Source: Myxococcales bacterium
Lineage (GTDB): Bacteria > Myxococcota_A > Polyangia > Polyangiales > Polyangiaceae
Length of the DNA: 21,837 nt
Direction: 5' to 3'
NCBI GenBank assembly: GCA_043747615.1
Contig: JAYTOU010000101.1
Location: 1 to 21,837 of the forward strand
The position numbers were made by a program, and so were the translations under genes. Positions 1 through 9,473 of this stretch are shown here, piece by piece (the stretch's first letter is position 1; every line of letters starts with the position of its first letter). Below the pieces are notes generated by a model, which was not told where the DNA came from, did no database searches, and saw only the letters and a program-made list of their open reading frames with translations.

Positions 1-124
1 CTAAGGCATCAGCTTCGAGCTCTCGACCAAGGCTGTTGTCTCCCACTCTTACCAGTGACAACCCATCGTCTGCGGTCTCACCCCCGACGTCGCGACATCG
101 AAGGTTCGTCCTTCGCTCACGGAG

Positions 125-140
125 TGCAAACCCGATGCCG
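125..140 (-). promoter_or_regulatory. Putative sigma54 (-24/-12) promoter firing leftwards out of the window
   Basis: The minus strand reads CGGCATCGGGTTTGCA, i.e. GG-N10-GC with the YGGCA and TTGCA consensus boxes. It lies in non-coding DNA downstream of the aminopeptidase stop. Confidence 0.6.
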
Positions 141-213
141 CCGCCGATGCGCCGAAAAATGCGGCATTTATCGCCGTCGTGGCTGTCCGCGACAGTTTCG
201 CGCCATCCGACGG

Positions 214-1512
214 TCAGCGCTCGGAGCGACTGAGAAATAGCGCAAGCACGCGGGTCATCATCTCCGGGTCTTTAGCGCCCGCCATCTCACGCACCGAGTG
301 CATGCTGAGCATCGGATTTCCCACGTCGACCGTCGGAATTCCGAGAAGCGTCGAAGTGATCGGCCCGATCGTCGTGCCGCACGGCAGATCGGTGCGATGT
401 ACATAGTGTTGCACGGGCACGTTCGCTTCTTTGCACAAGGCCTCGAAGAGCGCGGCGGTTCGTGCGGAGGTGGCGTACCTCTGCTGAGCGTTGATCTTGA
501 TGACCGGGCCTCCGTTGAGCGCGGGCTTGTGCCGAGGCTCGTGCCTCTCGGCGTAGTTCGGATGGACCGCATGGGCCATGTCTGCGGAGACGCACATCGA
601 CGAGGCGAGCGCGCGGTACGCGTCGTCCTGCGACTTTCCGAGCCCGAGCACGATCCGCTCGAGCACCCGCGGCAAGAACGCCGACGACGCGCCCATCGCG
701 CTATGACTTCCTACCTCCTCGTGATCGAACAGGGCGATGAGCGGGATCACTTCTTCGACCGGCACCGCCCGCGTCGCCGCGGAAACGAGCGCGGAGACCG
801 CTGCATGGCACATCGCGAGGTTGTCGAGTCGTGCGGAAAAAAGAAGCTCACCGTGCAGTCCGGCGAGGGTCGGCGCGACGGTGTCGAAGAGCATCAGGTC
901 GGTGCTCACGATGGCGGCGGCGTCCACTCCGAGCTCGCTCGCGCAAAGGGAGGCAATGTCTCCACCTTCCTTGGCGAGTCCGAGCACCGGCGCCATGTGG
1001 TCTTGTTTGTTGAGCGATAGCCCTTTGTCGACGTCGCGGTCGAGGTGAATGGCGAGCTGGGGGATGCGGAGGATAGGTCGGTCGACCTTAACGAGGCGTG
1101 TCGAAATCGCCCCATTTTGACCGCGGATCAGCACGCGTCCGGCGAGCGACAGATCACGATCGAGCCAGGAATTGAGGAGGGCGCCGCCGTACACTTCGAC
1201 GCCGAGCTGCGCATAGCCTTCTTTCGCGTATTCGGCCTTGGGCTTCAGGCGAAGGTTGGGGCTATCGGTGTGTGCCCCGATGATTCGAAACGCCGAGGCG
1301 CGCTTCGAGGCCGGGATGACGAAGGCGATGATCGCGCTCTCCCCGTGCACGACGAAGTAGCGCCCGCCCGACAGGCTCGACCAGGAGTCCGCCTCCGCGA
1401 GCCTCTGAAACCCAGCGGCTTCGAGCCGCGCCACCGTGCTCTCCACCGCGTGGTACGGCGTGGGCGATTCGCGGAGGAAGGCGAGCAGGTCTTGCAGAAC
1501 GTCGACGGCCAT
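214..1512 (-). CDS. apeB: M18 family (aspartyl) aminopeptidase
   Basis: 432 aa. M18 motifs SPTPYHAV, GAHTDSP, YGGALLNSWLDRDL, RLDNL, DHEEVGS, SADMAHAVHPN, GTTIGP and SMHSVRE are all present. Confidence 0.93.
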   Translation of the reverse strand: MAVDVLQDLLAFLRESPTPYHAVESTVARLEAAGFQRLAEADSWSSLSGGRYFVVHGESAIIAFVIPASKRASAFRIIGAHTDSPNLRLKPKAEYAKEGYAQLGVEVYGGALLNSWLDRDLSLAGRVLIRGQNGAISTRLVKVDRPILRIPQLAIHLDRDVDKGLSLNKQDHMAPVLGLAKEGGDIASLCASELGVDAAAIVSTDLMLFDTVAPTLAGLHGELLFSARLDNLAMCHAAVSALVSAATRAVPVEEVIPLIALFDHEEVGSHSAMGASSAFLPRVLERIVLGLGKSQDDAYRALASSMCVSADMAHAVHPNYAERHEPRHKPALNGGPVIKINAQQRYATSARTAALFEALCKEANVPVQHYVHRTDLPCGTTIGPITSTLLGIPTVDVGNPMLSMHSVREMAGAKDPEMMTRVLALFLSRSER

Positions 1513-1520
1513 GGAGCTTG

Positions 1521-2150
1521 CTAGTCTTTTTTTCGCCCTGCTTCAAACGCACGCGTCACTTCGGGATGCTCTTTGATGCGACCGAGAGCCGCGCGGAGGA
1601 GGCTCTTTCCGGGTTCGAGCTTGTGCCACGGAGACACGCCACTCGGGTGGGGAAGGGGGATCACGTCGGTGAGGACGCCGTGATAACGAACGCGCGCGGT
1701 GGTGCCGATGATCTCTTTCATCGGGCCCTTGGCCCCGAGAACTTGCTCGATGGCGAGCGCGCCGACGGGAATGACGAGGCGCGCCTGGAGCACCGTCATC
1801 TCTCGCCCGAGAAAGCTCTGACAGCGCTCGATTTCCCGAGGATCGGGCTTGCGATCTCCGCCTCCGCTCGCCTTTCCGGGAAAGCAGCGAGCCACCGCCG
1901 CGATGTAGACGGCTTCGCGAAAGCGCTCTTCGCTCACGCCTAGCGCCTCTTCGAACCATCGAAAAAGCGTCTTTCCCGCCGTCCACGCAAAGGGTCGACC
2001 CATCGCCCCTTCTCGCGGCCCCGGAGCCTGCCCAATCAGAATAATGCGGCTCATCACCGGCGGACCGTGCACCACCGGCCCGATCATGTTTGGACACGCA
2101 CGGCATCCGTCGAGGTCGCGATGGACCGCAAGGAGCGATTGGGAACCCAT
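1521..2150 (-). CDS. Uracil-DNA glycosylase family protein (Fe-S type, family 4/5-like)
   Basis: Start trimmed to ATG 2150 (MGSQSLL..., 209 aa) because the longer ORF overlaps the divergent gene. It has CRAC, GQAPG (motif A), RCFPG, a fourth Cys in ERC, and HPSG (motif B). Confidence 0.85.
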   Translation of the reverse strand: MGSQSLLAVHRDLDGCRACPNMIGPVVHGPPVMSRIILIGQAPGPREGAMGRPFAWTAGKTLFRWFEEALGVSEERFREAVYIAAVARCFPGKASGGGDRKPDPREIERCQSFLGREMTVLQARLVIPVGALAIEQVLGAKGPMKEIIGTTARVRYHGVLTDVIPLPHPSGVSPWHKLEPGKSLLRAALGRIKEHPEVTRAFEAGRKKD

Positions 2151-2175
2151 TGTCTTTGGTATAGCTACGGGCGGC

Positions 2176-3069
2176 ATGAACGTCTTCCCCGAAACTCCTA
2201 GCGGCCCGCGGGCCACCGCCGACGTTCCGATTCGGTACGAGGACATCACCCAGGACGGGCGCTTCCGCCTCGAAGCGCTCTCGAACGCGTTGGGCGAGAC
2301 GGTGTGGAAGGGGCTCCTCAAGGACCACCCGGGCAACGCAGCCCTTCGCGCGCAGGGGATCGTGCCGATCCTTACCCGCTACCTCGCGCACGGGACGAGC
2401 GGACCGTTCCCCATGAGCCCAACGATTCGCTCGGCAGGCACCTTCGAATTCACGCACAGCATATCGCCGACGACAGGCGAGGTGGACCGGCTCCTTCTTC
2501 GGATGTGGGTAGAGCTTTTTGGCCCCACGGGCCGCACGTACGGGCCAGCGCCGGAGGAGGCGGGCACGCTCACCCTAGCCGGGCGCGTCTTCGCGGAGCA
2601 CGTGCTGACCAAGCCTTTCGGACCTCCGGCCGATCGCAAAGTCGTTCGCGTAGACGGACCCGGGCTCCCCGGCGTTCCTGAAGCGCGCAGTGTGTGGCTC
2701 CCGCCCGCCGAGATCATGACCCTTCCGGCGGAGGCCCGCTTTCTCGAGCCGGCGCCCTCGCACGACCCGCTGGCGATCGTCTTCGGCCTTTGCCACACCG
2801 ACAGCAACCAGCACGTCAACTCGCTGGTCTATCCGCGCCTCTTCGAAGAGGCCGCCGTCCGCCGCTTTGCCGCGCTAGGACGCACGAAACCCGTGCTCGC
2901 CCGCCTAACGGACGTCGGTTTCCGAAAGCCTTTTTTTGCGGGCGATCGCGCGTCCATCGTTCTTCAGGCATTCGCGGAAGCCGGACGTCTCGGAGCCGTT
3001 GGCGCGTTCGTCCCCGAAGACCCGACGGCCAAGCCCCACGCGTTCCTACGCATGGTGTTCGAGAGTTAG
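2176..3069 (+). CDS. Double hot-dog acyl-ACP/acyl-CoA thioesterase-like protein
   Basis: Start ATG 2176 (MNVFPE..., 297 aa). The N-terminal IRYEDITQDGR and C-terminal TDSNQHVNSLVY resemble the DxNxHVN motif of acyl-ACP thioesterases. Confidence 0.7.
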   Translation: MNVFPETPSGPRATADVPIRYEDITQDGRFRLEALSNALGETVWKGLLKDHPGNAALRAQGIVPILTRYLAHGTSGPFPMSPTIRSAGTFEFTHSISPTTGEVDRLLLRMWVELFGPTGRTYGPAPEEAGTLTLAGRVFAEHVLTKPFGPPADRKVVRVDGPGLPGVPEARSVWLPPAEIMTLPAEARFLEPAPSHDPLAIVFGLCHTDSNQHVNSLVYPRLFEEAAVRRFAALGRTKPVLARLTDVGFRKPFFAGDRASIVLQAFAEAGRLGAVGAFVPEDPTAKPHAFLRMVFES

Positions 3070-3091
3070 TGCGCCACGGAGGAGGCGGGGC

Positions 3092-3766
3092 TTAGGGGGT
3101 GCACGTGAAAGGGTCGGCGACCTCGGCGCAGATCGAATATCCCGCGCTCACCGACGTGCAGAGGAAGTTTCCCGGACAGTCCCACGCCTTTGTGCAGACG
3201 TTCGTGCAGACGTAGGGATTGTTGACGTTGCCGAACGAATCGCAGTGACCGCCTTCGCACTCCTGGGCGTTGGCGCCGTCGTGCGTGGGGGTGCAGCAGT
3301 CTCCGAGCTTCTTGGTGCCGTGCACGAAATTGTCTGCCGGCGTGCAGGCGACGGGCTGGATCGGCTCGCAGTGTCCGTCCACCGGCGCCGTCGCGCCGAC
3401 GCAGGTGAAGCCGGGGAGGCCGCCCGTGCACGCGTCGTTCGTCTGGCAAATGTCGCCGCACATCTTGGTTGAGCCGACCATCAGGCAATCGCGCGAACGG
3501 CAATCGTTGTTGGTCGCGCAGCAGTAGCCATACGGCAGCGCGCCCCAGCGTCCAGGCCCCGAATTGGGCAGAGGCGTGGTTCCCGCGTCGATTCGCGCGG
3601 CGTCCCGCGTCGACGTTCCGCCGTCGCTTCCGGAGGAGGGCGCTCCGTCACGTTCCGCCTCGCCATCGCTGCCGCCATCGCCACCTTCATCGCCGGCGCT
3701 CTTGAAGCTCGCGCAACTGGCGATGGAAGCGGCCACAAACACGACCAAAACGAGGTGCCGGAGCAT
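3092..3766 (-). CDS. Cys-rich secreted lipoprotein with two 10-Cys modules
   Basis: Hydrophobic signal ending IASC (Cys18), a G/D/S-rich linker, then 20 Cys in two similarly spaced modules. Confidence 0.75.
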   Translation of the reverse strand: MLRHLVLVVFVAASIASCASFKSAGDEGGDGGSDGEAERDGAPSSGSDGGTSTRDAARIDAGTTPLPNSGPGRWGALPYGYCCATNNDCRSRDCLMVGSTKMCGDICQTNDACTGGLPGFTCVGATAPVDGHCEPIQPVACTPADNFVHGTKKLGDCCTPTHDGANAQECEGGHCDSFGNVNNPYVCTNVCTKAWDCPGNFLCTSVSAGYSICAEVADPFTCTP

Positions 3767-3802
3767 GGTGGGCGTGAAGATAGCAGCGACGTGCCGAGAC
3801 GC

Positions 3803-4714
3803 TCACCCCTTGAACGTGGAGGCCCCGAAATCGCCGTAGGGCTCGTCGCGTTCGCGCACCGCCTGCTTGAAGCCCAACTCTGCGGCGCGCGCCTGAAATG
3901 CGTATCCCTCCTTGGTGTGCCGGCTGATGCCGTCGAAGAGTGTCCCCAGCATCTGAGAGGTGTGGAGTCCCTGGCTCATCACGGTTTGATTGACGAGGAG
4001 CTTCATCATGACCAGCTGGTTGATCGGCATCCGCGCGACCCGCTCGAGCAGCGCCTCGAAACGTTCATCGAGTTTGTCCAGACTGGCCGATTCGCTCGCC
4101 AGGCCCCAGGCCACAGCTTCCTTTCCAGAAAGACAATCGCCAGTAAAAAGCAGGCGCTTTGCCTTCTCGATTCCGATGCGATGGGCCCACACCGCCGTCG
4201 TCGGCACGCCCCACACCCGCGCTGGCGGATATCCGATCTTCGCGTCGTCATCGATGATGAGGAGGTCCGAGCACAGCGCCATGTCCGTCCCGCCCGCAAC
4301 ACAAAATCGATGTACTTTACATATGACCGGCTTGTCGCCGTGGAATAGGCTCATGAAGCCTCGCACGTTGCGGCTCATCATCGCGTAGTCGATCATTGGA
4401 TCCCAGACGCCGTTGGGATCGTGGTTCTTGCCCTGGACGTCAGCGTCGAGCGGCGAGCCCTTGGGAAAAGCGCCGTCTTCTCCGGCCATCTGCTGCTCTG
4501 CGCTGGCCACGAGATCGTAGCCCCCGCAAAATCCTTTTCCATTTCCGCAGAGCGCGATGACGTGAACGCGCGGGTCGAGGTTCGCTGCCTCCACGCACCG
4601 GGCGAGCTCGACGGGCATATCGAAGGTGATGCCGTTTCCGCGCTCCGGACGGTCGAGCGTGATCCGGGCAATCCTTCCAGTGACTGCGTAGGTCATCGTC
4701 TTCAGGGCTTCCAT
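3803..4714 (-). CDS. Crotonase / enoyl-CoA hydratase family protein
   Basis: ITLDRPERGN, FCGGYDL (oxyanion hole), KPVICKVH and AGGTDMALCSD, AKRLLFTGD. Confidence 0.9.
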   Translation of the reverse strand: MEALKTMTYAVTGRIARITLDRPERGNGITFDMPVELARCVEAANLDPRVHVIALCGNGKGFCGGYDLVASAEQQMAGEDGAFPKGSPLDADVQGKNHDPNGVWDPMIDYAMMSRNVRGFMSLFHGDKPVICKVHRFCVAGGTDMALCSDLLIIDDDAKIGYPPARVWGVPTTAVWAHRIGIEKAKRLLFTGDCLSGKEAVAWGLASESASLDKLDERFEALLERVARMPINQLVMMKLLVNQTVMSQGLHTSQMLGTLFDGISRHTKEGYAFQARAAELGFKQAVRERDEPYGDFGASTFKG

Positions 4715-4721
4715 GAGGCGG

Positions 4722-4730
4722 ACGGTACCA
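4722..4730 (-). promoter_or_regulatory. Extended -10 element (TGnTAnnnT), probably a leaderless promoter for the hydratase
   Basis: The minus strand has TGGTACCGT, 7 nt, then ATG 4714, with no Shine-Dalgarno. Confidence 0.45.
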
Positions 4731-4740
4731 TCGCTGACCG

Positions 4741-4761
4741 CGGACAGGCCTTAACTGTCCG
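4741..4761. promoter_or_regulatory. Perfect inverted repeat (candidate operator or enhancer site)
   Basis: CGGACAG-gccttaa-CTGTCCG (7-7-7) in the divergent hydratase/comM intergenic region. Confidence 0.5.
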
Positions 4762-4809
4762 GGCCACGTGCCCGCTGCGGATCCCTGCAGAAAACTACGT
4801 TGCAACCGG

Positions 4810-4825
4810 CGGCATGCCTCTCGCT
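4810..4825 (+). promoter_or_regulatory. Putative sigma54 promoter of comM-recA
   Basis: CGGCATGCCTCTCGCT has GG(4811-12)-N10-GC(4823-24). There are 13 nt between the GC and ATG 4838. The -12 box is TCGCT rather than TTGCT. Confidence 0.5.
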
Positions 4826-4837
4826 CTAGGGCCAGTC

Positions 4838-6382
4838 ATGCTCGCAACTGCTCTCAGCGCCACTCTCATGGGCTTGGATGCCCATCTCGTCCGGGTCGAA
4901 GTCGAGGCCGCGCGGGGAGTCCCTTCGTTCGAGCTCGTCGGCTTGGCCGAAGCCGCCGTGCGCGAGAGCCGCGTACGAGTAAAGAGCGCGCTCGCTCAAC
5001 TCGGCGTCGATATTTCGGAGTACCGCGTGGTCGTCAACCTCGCACCGGCCGATCTGAAGAAGACGGGCAGCGGCTTCGACCTCGCCATCGCCGCCGCGTC
5101 ACTTGCCGCGCTGAATGCCGTGCCTGCATCCGCGATCGAAGGCGTCCTCTTCATCGGAGAGCTCTCGCTCACGGGAAGAATTCACGCCCTCCGCGGTGTC
5201 CTTCCTCAGCTCCTCGGGGCGCGCTCACGGGGCGTGGGGCGCGCCGTGGTGCCGCGTTCGAACGAAGGTGAGGCGGGCGTCGTCGAGGGAATCGAGGTGC
5301 GCACCGCGGCATCTCTGTCTGAGCTTCTCCGGTCGCTTCGCGGCGAAATCGAGCTGCCGCTGGCGATCGCCACTCCGTTCTCCAACGAGCACACCTACGT
5401 CGACGATTTGACGGACGTACGCGGCCAGCCGTCCGCGCGGCGTGCACTCGAGATCGCCGCAGCGGGTGGTCACAACCTATTGATGATCGGTCCCCCGGGC
5501 GCAGGAAAAACAATGCTTGCCCGCCGCCTCCCGGGGATTTTGCCGCTCCTGTCGTCGAGCGAAGCGCTGGAGGTCACCGCCATTCACAGCGTGGCCGGGC
5601 TCCTCTCGACGACGCCACGCGGCGTGTCGCGCTCTCGTCCATTCCGCGCGCCTCACCACACCGTCAGTGAAGTAGGGCTGGTGGGAGGGGGCGGGGATTC
5701 GCGGCCCGGAGAGGTGAGTCTCGCTCACCACGGCGTTCTCTTCCTCGACGAGCTCGCCGAGTTCAAGCGCAGCGCCCTCGAGGCCCTCCGTCAACCGCTT
5801 GAAGACGCCTTCGTCAGCATCTCGCGCGCCCGCTCGAAGGCGGTCTATCCGGCGCGACCCATCGTGGTGTGCGCGATGAACCCCTGCGCGTGTGGCTACC
5901 TGGGCGATCGATCCGGGCGATGCAGCTGCTCACCGGATCGGGTCCGGGGTTACCGCGCGCGCCTCAGCGGCCCACTGCTCGACCGCATCGACGTCCACGT
6001 GTCTCTTCCGCCCGTCAACGTGGCGTCGCTGCACGGCGGCCCCGCGGGCGAATCCTCGGCCATCGTCCGGGCCCGTGTCGAGGTGGCCCGCGACCGCCAA
6101 ATCCATCGCGCAAGAAAGGGCGAAACGCGCGCCAGCCTGAATGCCGCACTCCACACGCGCGACGCCGAGCGGGTAGCCGTCCTGTGCGATGTGGGAGCCA
6201 AGCTTCTTGCGGCCGCGGTCTCTCAGCTCGGGTTCTCCGCACGCGCGTACGGCAAAGTGCTGCGCGTCGCCCGCACCATCGCCGATCTGGACGGGGCAGA
6301 ACGCATCGCTCCGTCGCACGTCGCCGAAGCCATCGGCGCGCGGGTCCTCGATCGCGCCATCGCACCCGGAGCCGCGGCGTAA
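4838..6382 (+). CDS. comM: YifB/ComM family Mg-chelatase-like AAA+ ATPase (branch-migration helicase)
   Basis: 514 aa from MLATALSA. Motifs: LVGLAEAAVRESRVRV, VNLAPADLKKTGSGFDLAIA, Walker A GPPGAGKTMLA, RPFRAPHH, GEVSLAHHGVLFLDE, AMNPCACG..C.C zinc site, SGPLLDRID, RVARTIADL. Confidence 0.95.
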   Translation: MLATALSATLMGLDAHLVRVEVEAARGVPSFELVGLAEAAVRESRVRVKSALAQLGVDISEYRVVVNLAPADLKKTGSGFDLAIAAASLAALNAVPASAIEGVLFIGELSLTGRIHALRGVLPQLLGARSRGVGRAVVPRSNEGEAGVVEGIEVRTAASLSELLRSLRGEIELPLAIATPFSNEHTYVDDLTDVRGQPSARRALEIAAAGGHNLLMIGPPGAGKTMLARRLPGILPLLSSSEALEVTAIHSVAGLLSTTPRGVSRSRPFRAPHHTVSEVGLVGGGGDSRPGEVSLAHHGVLFLDELAEFKRSALEALRQPLEDAFVSISRARSKAVYPARPIVVCAMNPCACGYLGDRSGRCSCSPDRVRGYRARLSGPLLDRIDVHVSLPPVNVASLHGGPAGESSAIVRARVEVARDRQIHRARKGETRASLNAALHTRDAERVAVLCDVGAKLLAAAVSQLGFSARAYGKVLRVARTIADLDGAERIAPSHVAEAIGARVLDRAIAPGAAA

Positions 6383-6476
6383 CGCGCTCGCTTCCCCTCT
6401 TTTCCTCACGCTGTCGAACCGCCCCGCGGCTGCGTGATTTTCTGAAGAAGGGGCCTTCACCCAAACGGAGAGAGTC

Positions 6477-7505
<1,029 letters not shown>

Positions 7506-7513
7506 GCGCCACC

Positions 7514-7561
7514 GCTCGGAGGGCGTGCTGCGAGCCGGTCTCGCCGCACGTCCTCGCGAGC
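7514..7561 (+). terminator. GC-rich hairpin after the recA stop (probable terminator or stabiliser)
   Basis: GCTCG-GAGGGCGTGC-T-GCGAG [ccggt] CTCGC-C-GCACGTCCTC-G-CGAGC gives a ~20-bp stem with only a weak pyrimidine tail. Confidence 0.55.
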
Positions 7562-7580
7562 CTCGCTTCTTCGTGCAAGT

Positions 7581-7686
7581 GAAGGCGCGCGGAGACCACG
7601 GAGGATCGAAACGGGATCAGAGAGCCCTCGCCCAACTCGGTACCATGGCTCGATCCCCAAGACCTCCGGGGTCTCGGCGCGCTTTC
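7581..7686. other. Long imperfect inverted repeat / rod-like structured element (candidate ncRNA or REP/MITE-like element)
   Basis: Arms 7581-7604 and 7663-7686 pair over 24 nt (21 WC, 1 GU, 2 mismatches). Inner stems are GGGATC/GATCCC (7613-18/7652-57) and GAGCC/GGCTC (7622-26/7647-51), with a 20-nt loop. Confidence 0.6.
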
Positions 7687-7717
7687 CGCAACGGGAGCAT
7701 TTGACTAAGCTCGTGGC

Positions 7718-8932
7718 ATGGGGCTCCGCGTCTCCTACCTGACCGACGTCGAGGGGATGTGGCCGAAGCTGGTAAGCTTCGCTGAAGACAACCCCGACGT
7801 GACGCTCGACGGCGAAGAGCTCACGGTCGCTCCCGGCTCGCTCTTCGTATTCGGTGGCGACGCCATCGATCGCGGGCCGGACAGTCGGCGCGTCGTGGCG
7901 ACGTTACTCGCAGCAAAAGAGCGCCATCCGGATCGCGTCGTGCTCATCGCCGGCAACCGCGACATCAACAAGATGCGACTCGTGCGTGAGCTCGCCGGAG
8001 CTCCACCCGCGCCAACCCCTGATTCGATCAAGCGCGACCGGCCAGCCCTCCTTCGCTGGATCTTCGAGAGCACGATGGGAGCACGCGGCGCTTTCGGTTT
8101 TCGAAAGGAGGAGCTCGAACACGAGGACGGCGCCTCTGTCTCGGACGAGGACGTGGTCGATAGCTTCATCGCTGATCTCTCCCCCGGCGGGGCGCTCGCC
8201 CGCTACCTCGCCGCGTGCCAGCTCGCGTATCGCACCGGTCCGACGCTCTTCGTACACGGCGGCATCACCGAGGCAAGCCTGAGCGTCGTTCCACGAGTTT
8301 CTGCGCCCGTTGACGACGTTGACGAATGGATCGCGAGGTTGAACGCCTTCTACCGGGTGCAGCAGGCGGCTTACCAAGCCCACGCGCTCGACCCGCGTGG
8401 CGCCTGCGAATACAAGGACCTCATCGACTACCAGGCGCCGTTTCCTGGGATGCGCGCAAACCCCCGCAGCGTGGTCTATAGCCGCAACGCCGACGTCTTT
8501 AACAACACCGAGCTGCCAACGCGAGCGGCGATCGAAAAGCTCGCGCGCGGCTCGATCGATCGCGTCGTCGTTGGCCACACGCCGAACGGAGACTCACCGT
8601 CGATTCGGCGATGCGGGCGCTTCGAGTTGCACGTCGCCGACAACTCCTACTCTCGCCTGAACGTGGCTTCGCGGGTCCTCATTGAGGACGACGCGGTCAC
8701 CGTCCTCGGCTCCACCAAGCTCGACGACGGAAGAATTGAGCGCGTGCGATTCAGTCTCGCGCGCGGCGACACGGGCAACCCGGTCGGCAAGCTCACCGTC
8801 GACACCGGGCACCTCGTGAAGGGGATTGTCGAGAGCGGAGAGCTCGTCCTCTACAAGGCTCTCCCCGGCTACCGCACCGAGCAACAGGCCATCACCCGCG
8901 TCGCGCTCGATGCGCGCGCCCTCCGCGAGTGA
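7718..8932 (+). CDS. Calcineurin-like metallophosphoesterase with atypical motifs
   Basis: YLTDVEG, GGDAIDRG, AGNRDINK, FVHGG, VVGHTP. TAAGCT lies 6 nt upstream of the ATG (leaderless-like). Confidence 0.8.
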   Translation: MGLRVSYLTDVEGMWPKLVSFAEDNPDVTLDGEELTVAPGSLFVFGGDAIDRGPDSRRVVATLLAAKERHPDRVVLIAGNRDINKMRLVRELAGAPPAPTPDSIKRDRPALLRWIFESTMGARGAFGFRKEELEHEDGASVSDEDVVDSFIADLSPGGALARYLAACQLAYRTGPTLFVHGGITEASLSVVPRVSAPVDDVDEWIARLNAFYRVQQAAYQAHALDPRGACEYKDLIDYQAPFPGMRANPRSVVYSRNADVFNNTELPTRAAIEKLARGSIDRVVVGHTPNGDSPSIRRCGRFELHVADNSYSRLNVASRVLIEDDAVTVLGSTKLDDGRIERVRFSLARGDTGNPVGKLTVDTGHLVKGIVESGELVLYKALPGYRTEQQAITRVALDARALRE

Positions 8933-8933
8933 C

Positions 8934-9473
8934 TCAGCGTCGTTTCGTCTTCGGGCGAGCCGCGGTCTTCTTGCGCCTCAACATGGCCTTTTCGTAGGCC
9001 TGTTGAAGAGCGCGGAACGCCTCGGGGTCGCCGCCGTGATCAGGGTGCGTCTCGATTGCGCGCTTTCGAAAGGCGCGCTTGATCTCCGCGTCGGTGGCCT
9101 TCGCCGTCACGCCGAGGGTGGTCCACACCGATGCTTTCGTCGCCTCGGTCCCACGCCGTGGCAAGCTCGCGTGCTGTCCTTCGTCGTCTGTTCGACGGCC
9201 TTCTGTTCGACCCTTGCGTGCCCGCCAAGGCATCTCCCCGATGAGGATCCGCGTCCACGCTTGCGCCCAGCGAGGCTCGACCTCCGTGAGGCTCCGCGCT
9301 GCGGCCTTCTCGGCTTCGCGCTTTGCTTCGTCCCGCGTTCGCGCTCCGCCCTGGGAAGCGTCGGGTTTGCGAAACGGATCCACCGAAGGCGGCCCCGTCC
9401 ACCACGCGGCCCAGAGGTAACGACGTCGTCGCGTCGGCGTGATCGAGCACACGGGCGCGAAGAGCGCGGTCAC
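8934..9473 (-). CDS. Class C J-domain protein (Trp-rich N-domain + C-terminal J domain)
   Basis: GTG start overlapping the flippase TGA (GTGA), 179 aa. The C-terminus WTTLGV..ATDAEIKRAFRKRAIETHPDHGGDPEAFRALQQAYE contains the HPD motif. Confidence 0.8.
   Translation of the reverse strand: MTALFAPVCSITPTRRRRYLWAAWWTGPPSVDPFRKPDASQGGARTRDEAKREAEKAAARSLTEVEPRWAQAWTRILIGEMPWRARKGRTEGRRTDDEGQHASLPRRGTEATKASVWTTLGVTAKATDAEIKRAFRKRAIETHPDHGGDPEAFRALQQAYEKAMLRRKKTAARPKTKRR

Noticed and set aside
4421..4837. N-terminal extension of the ComM ORF (653 aa)
   Set aside because: It overlaps the hydratase on the opposite strand, and family homology starts at MLATA (4838).
6383..6476. LexA/SOS box upstream of recA
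   Set aside because: No match to the enterobacterial CTGT-N8-ACAG or a Myxococcus-type GTTCAG-containing box was seen, only a weak TGAAG/CTTCA repeat.
7581..7686. Identification as SRP (4.5S) or 6S RNA
   Set aside because: The SRP domain IV motif (CAGG..GGAA..AGCAG) is absent on both strands, and the element is too short and lacks the large central bubble expected of 6S. It is kept only as an unnamed structure.
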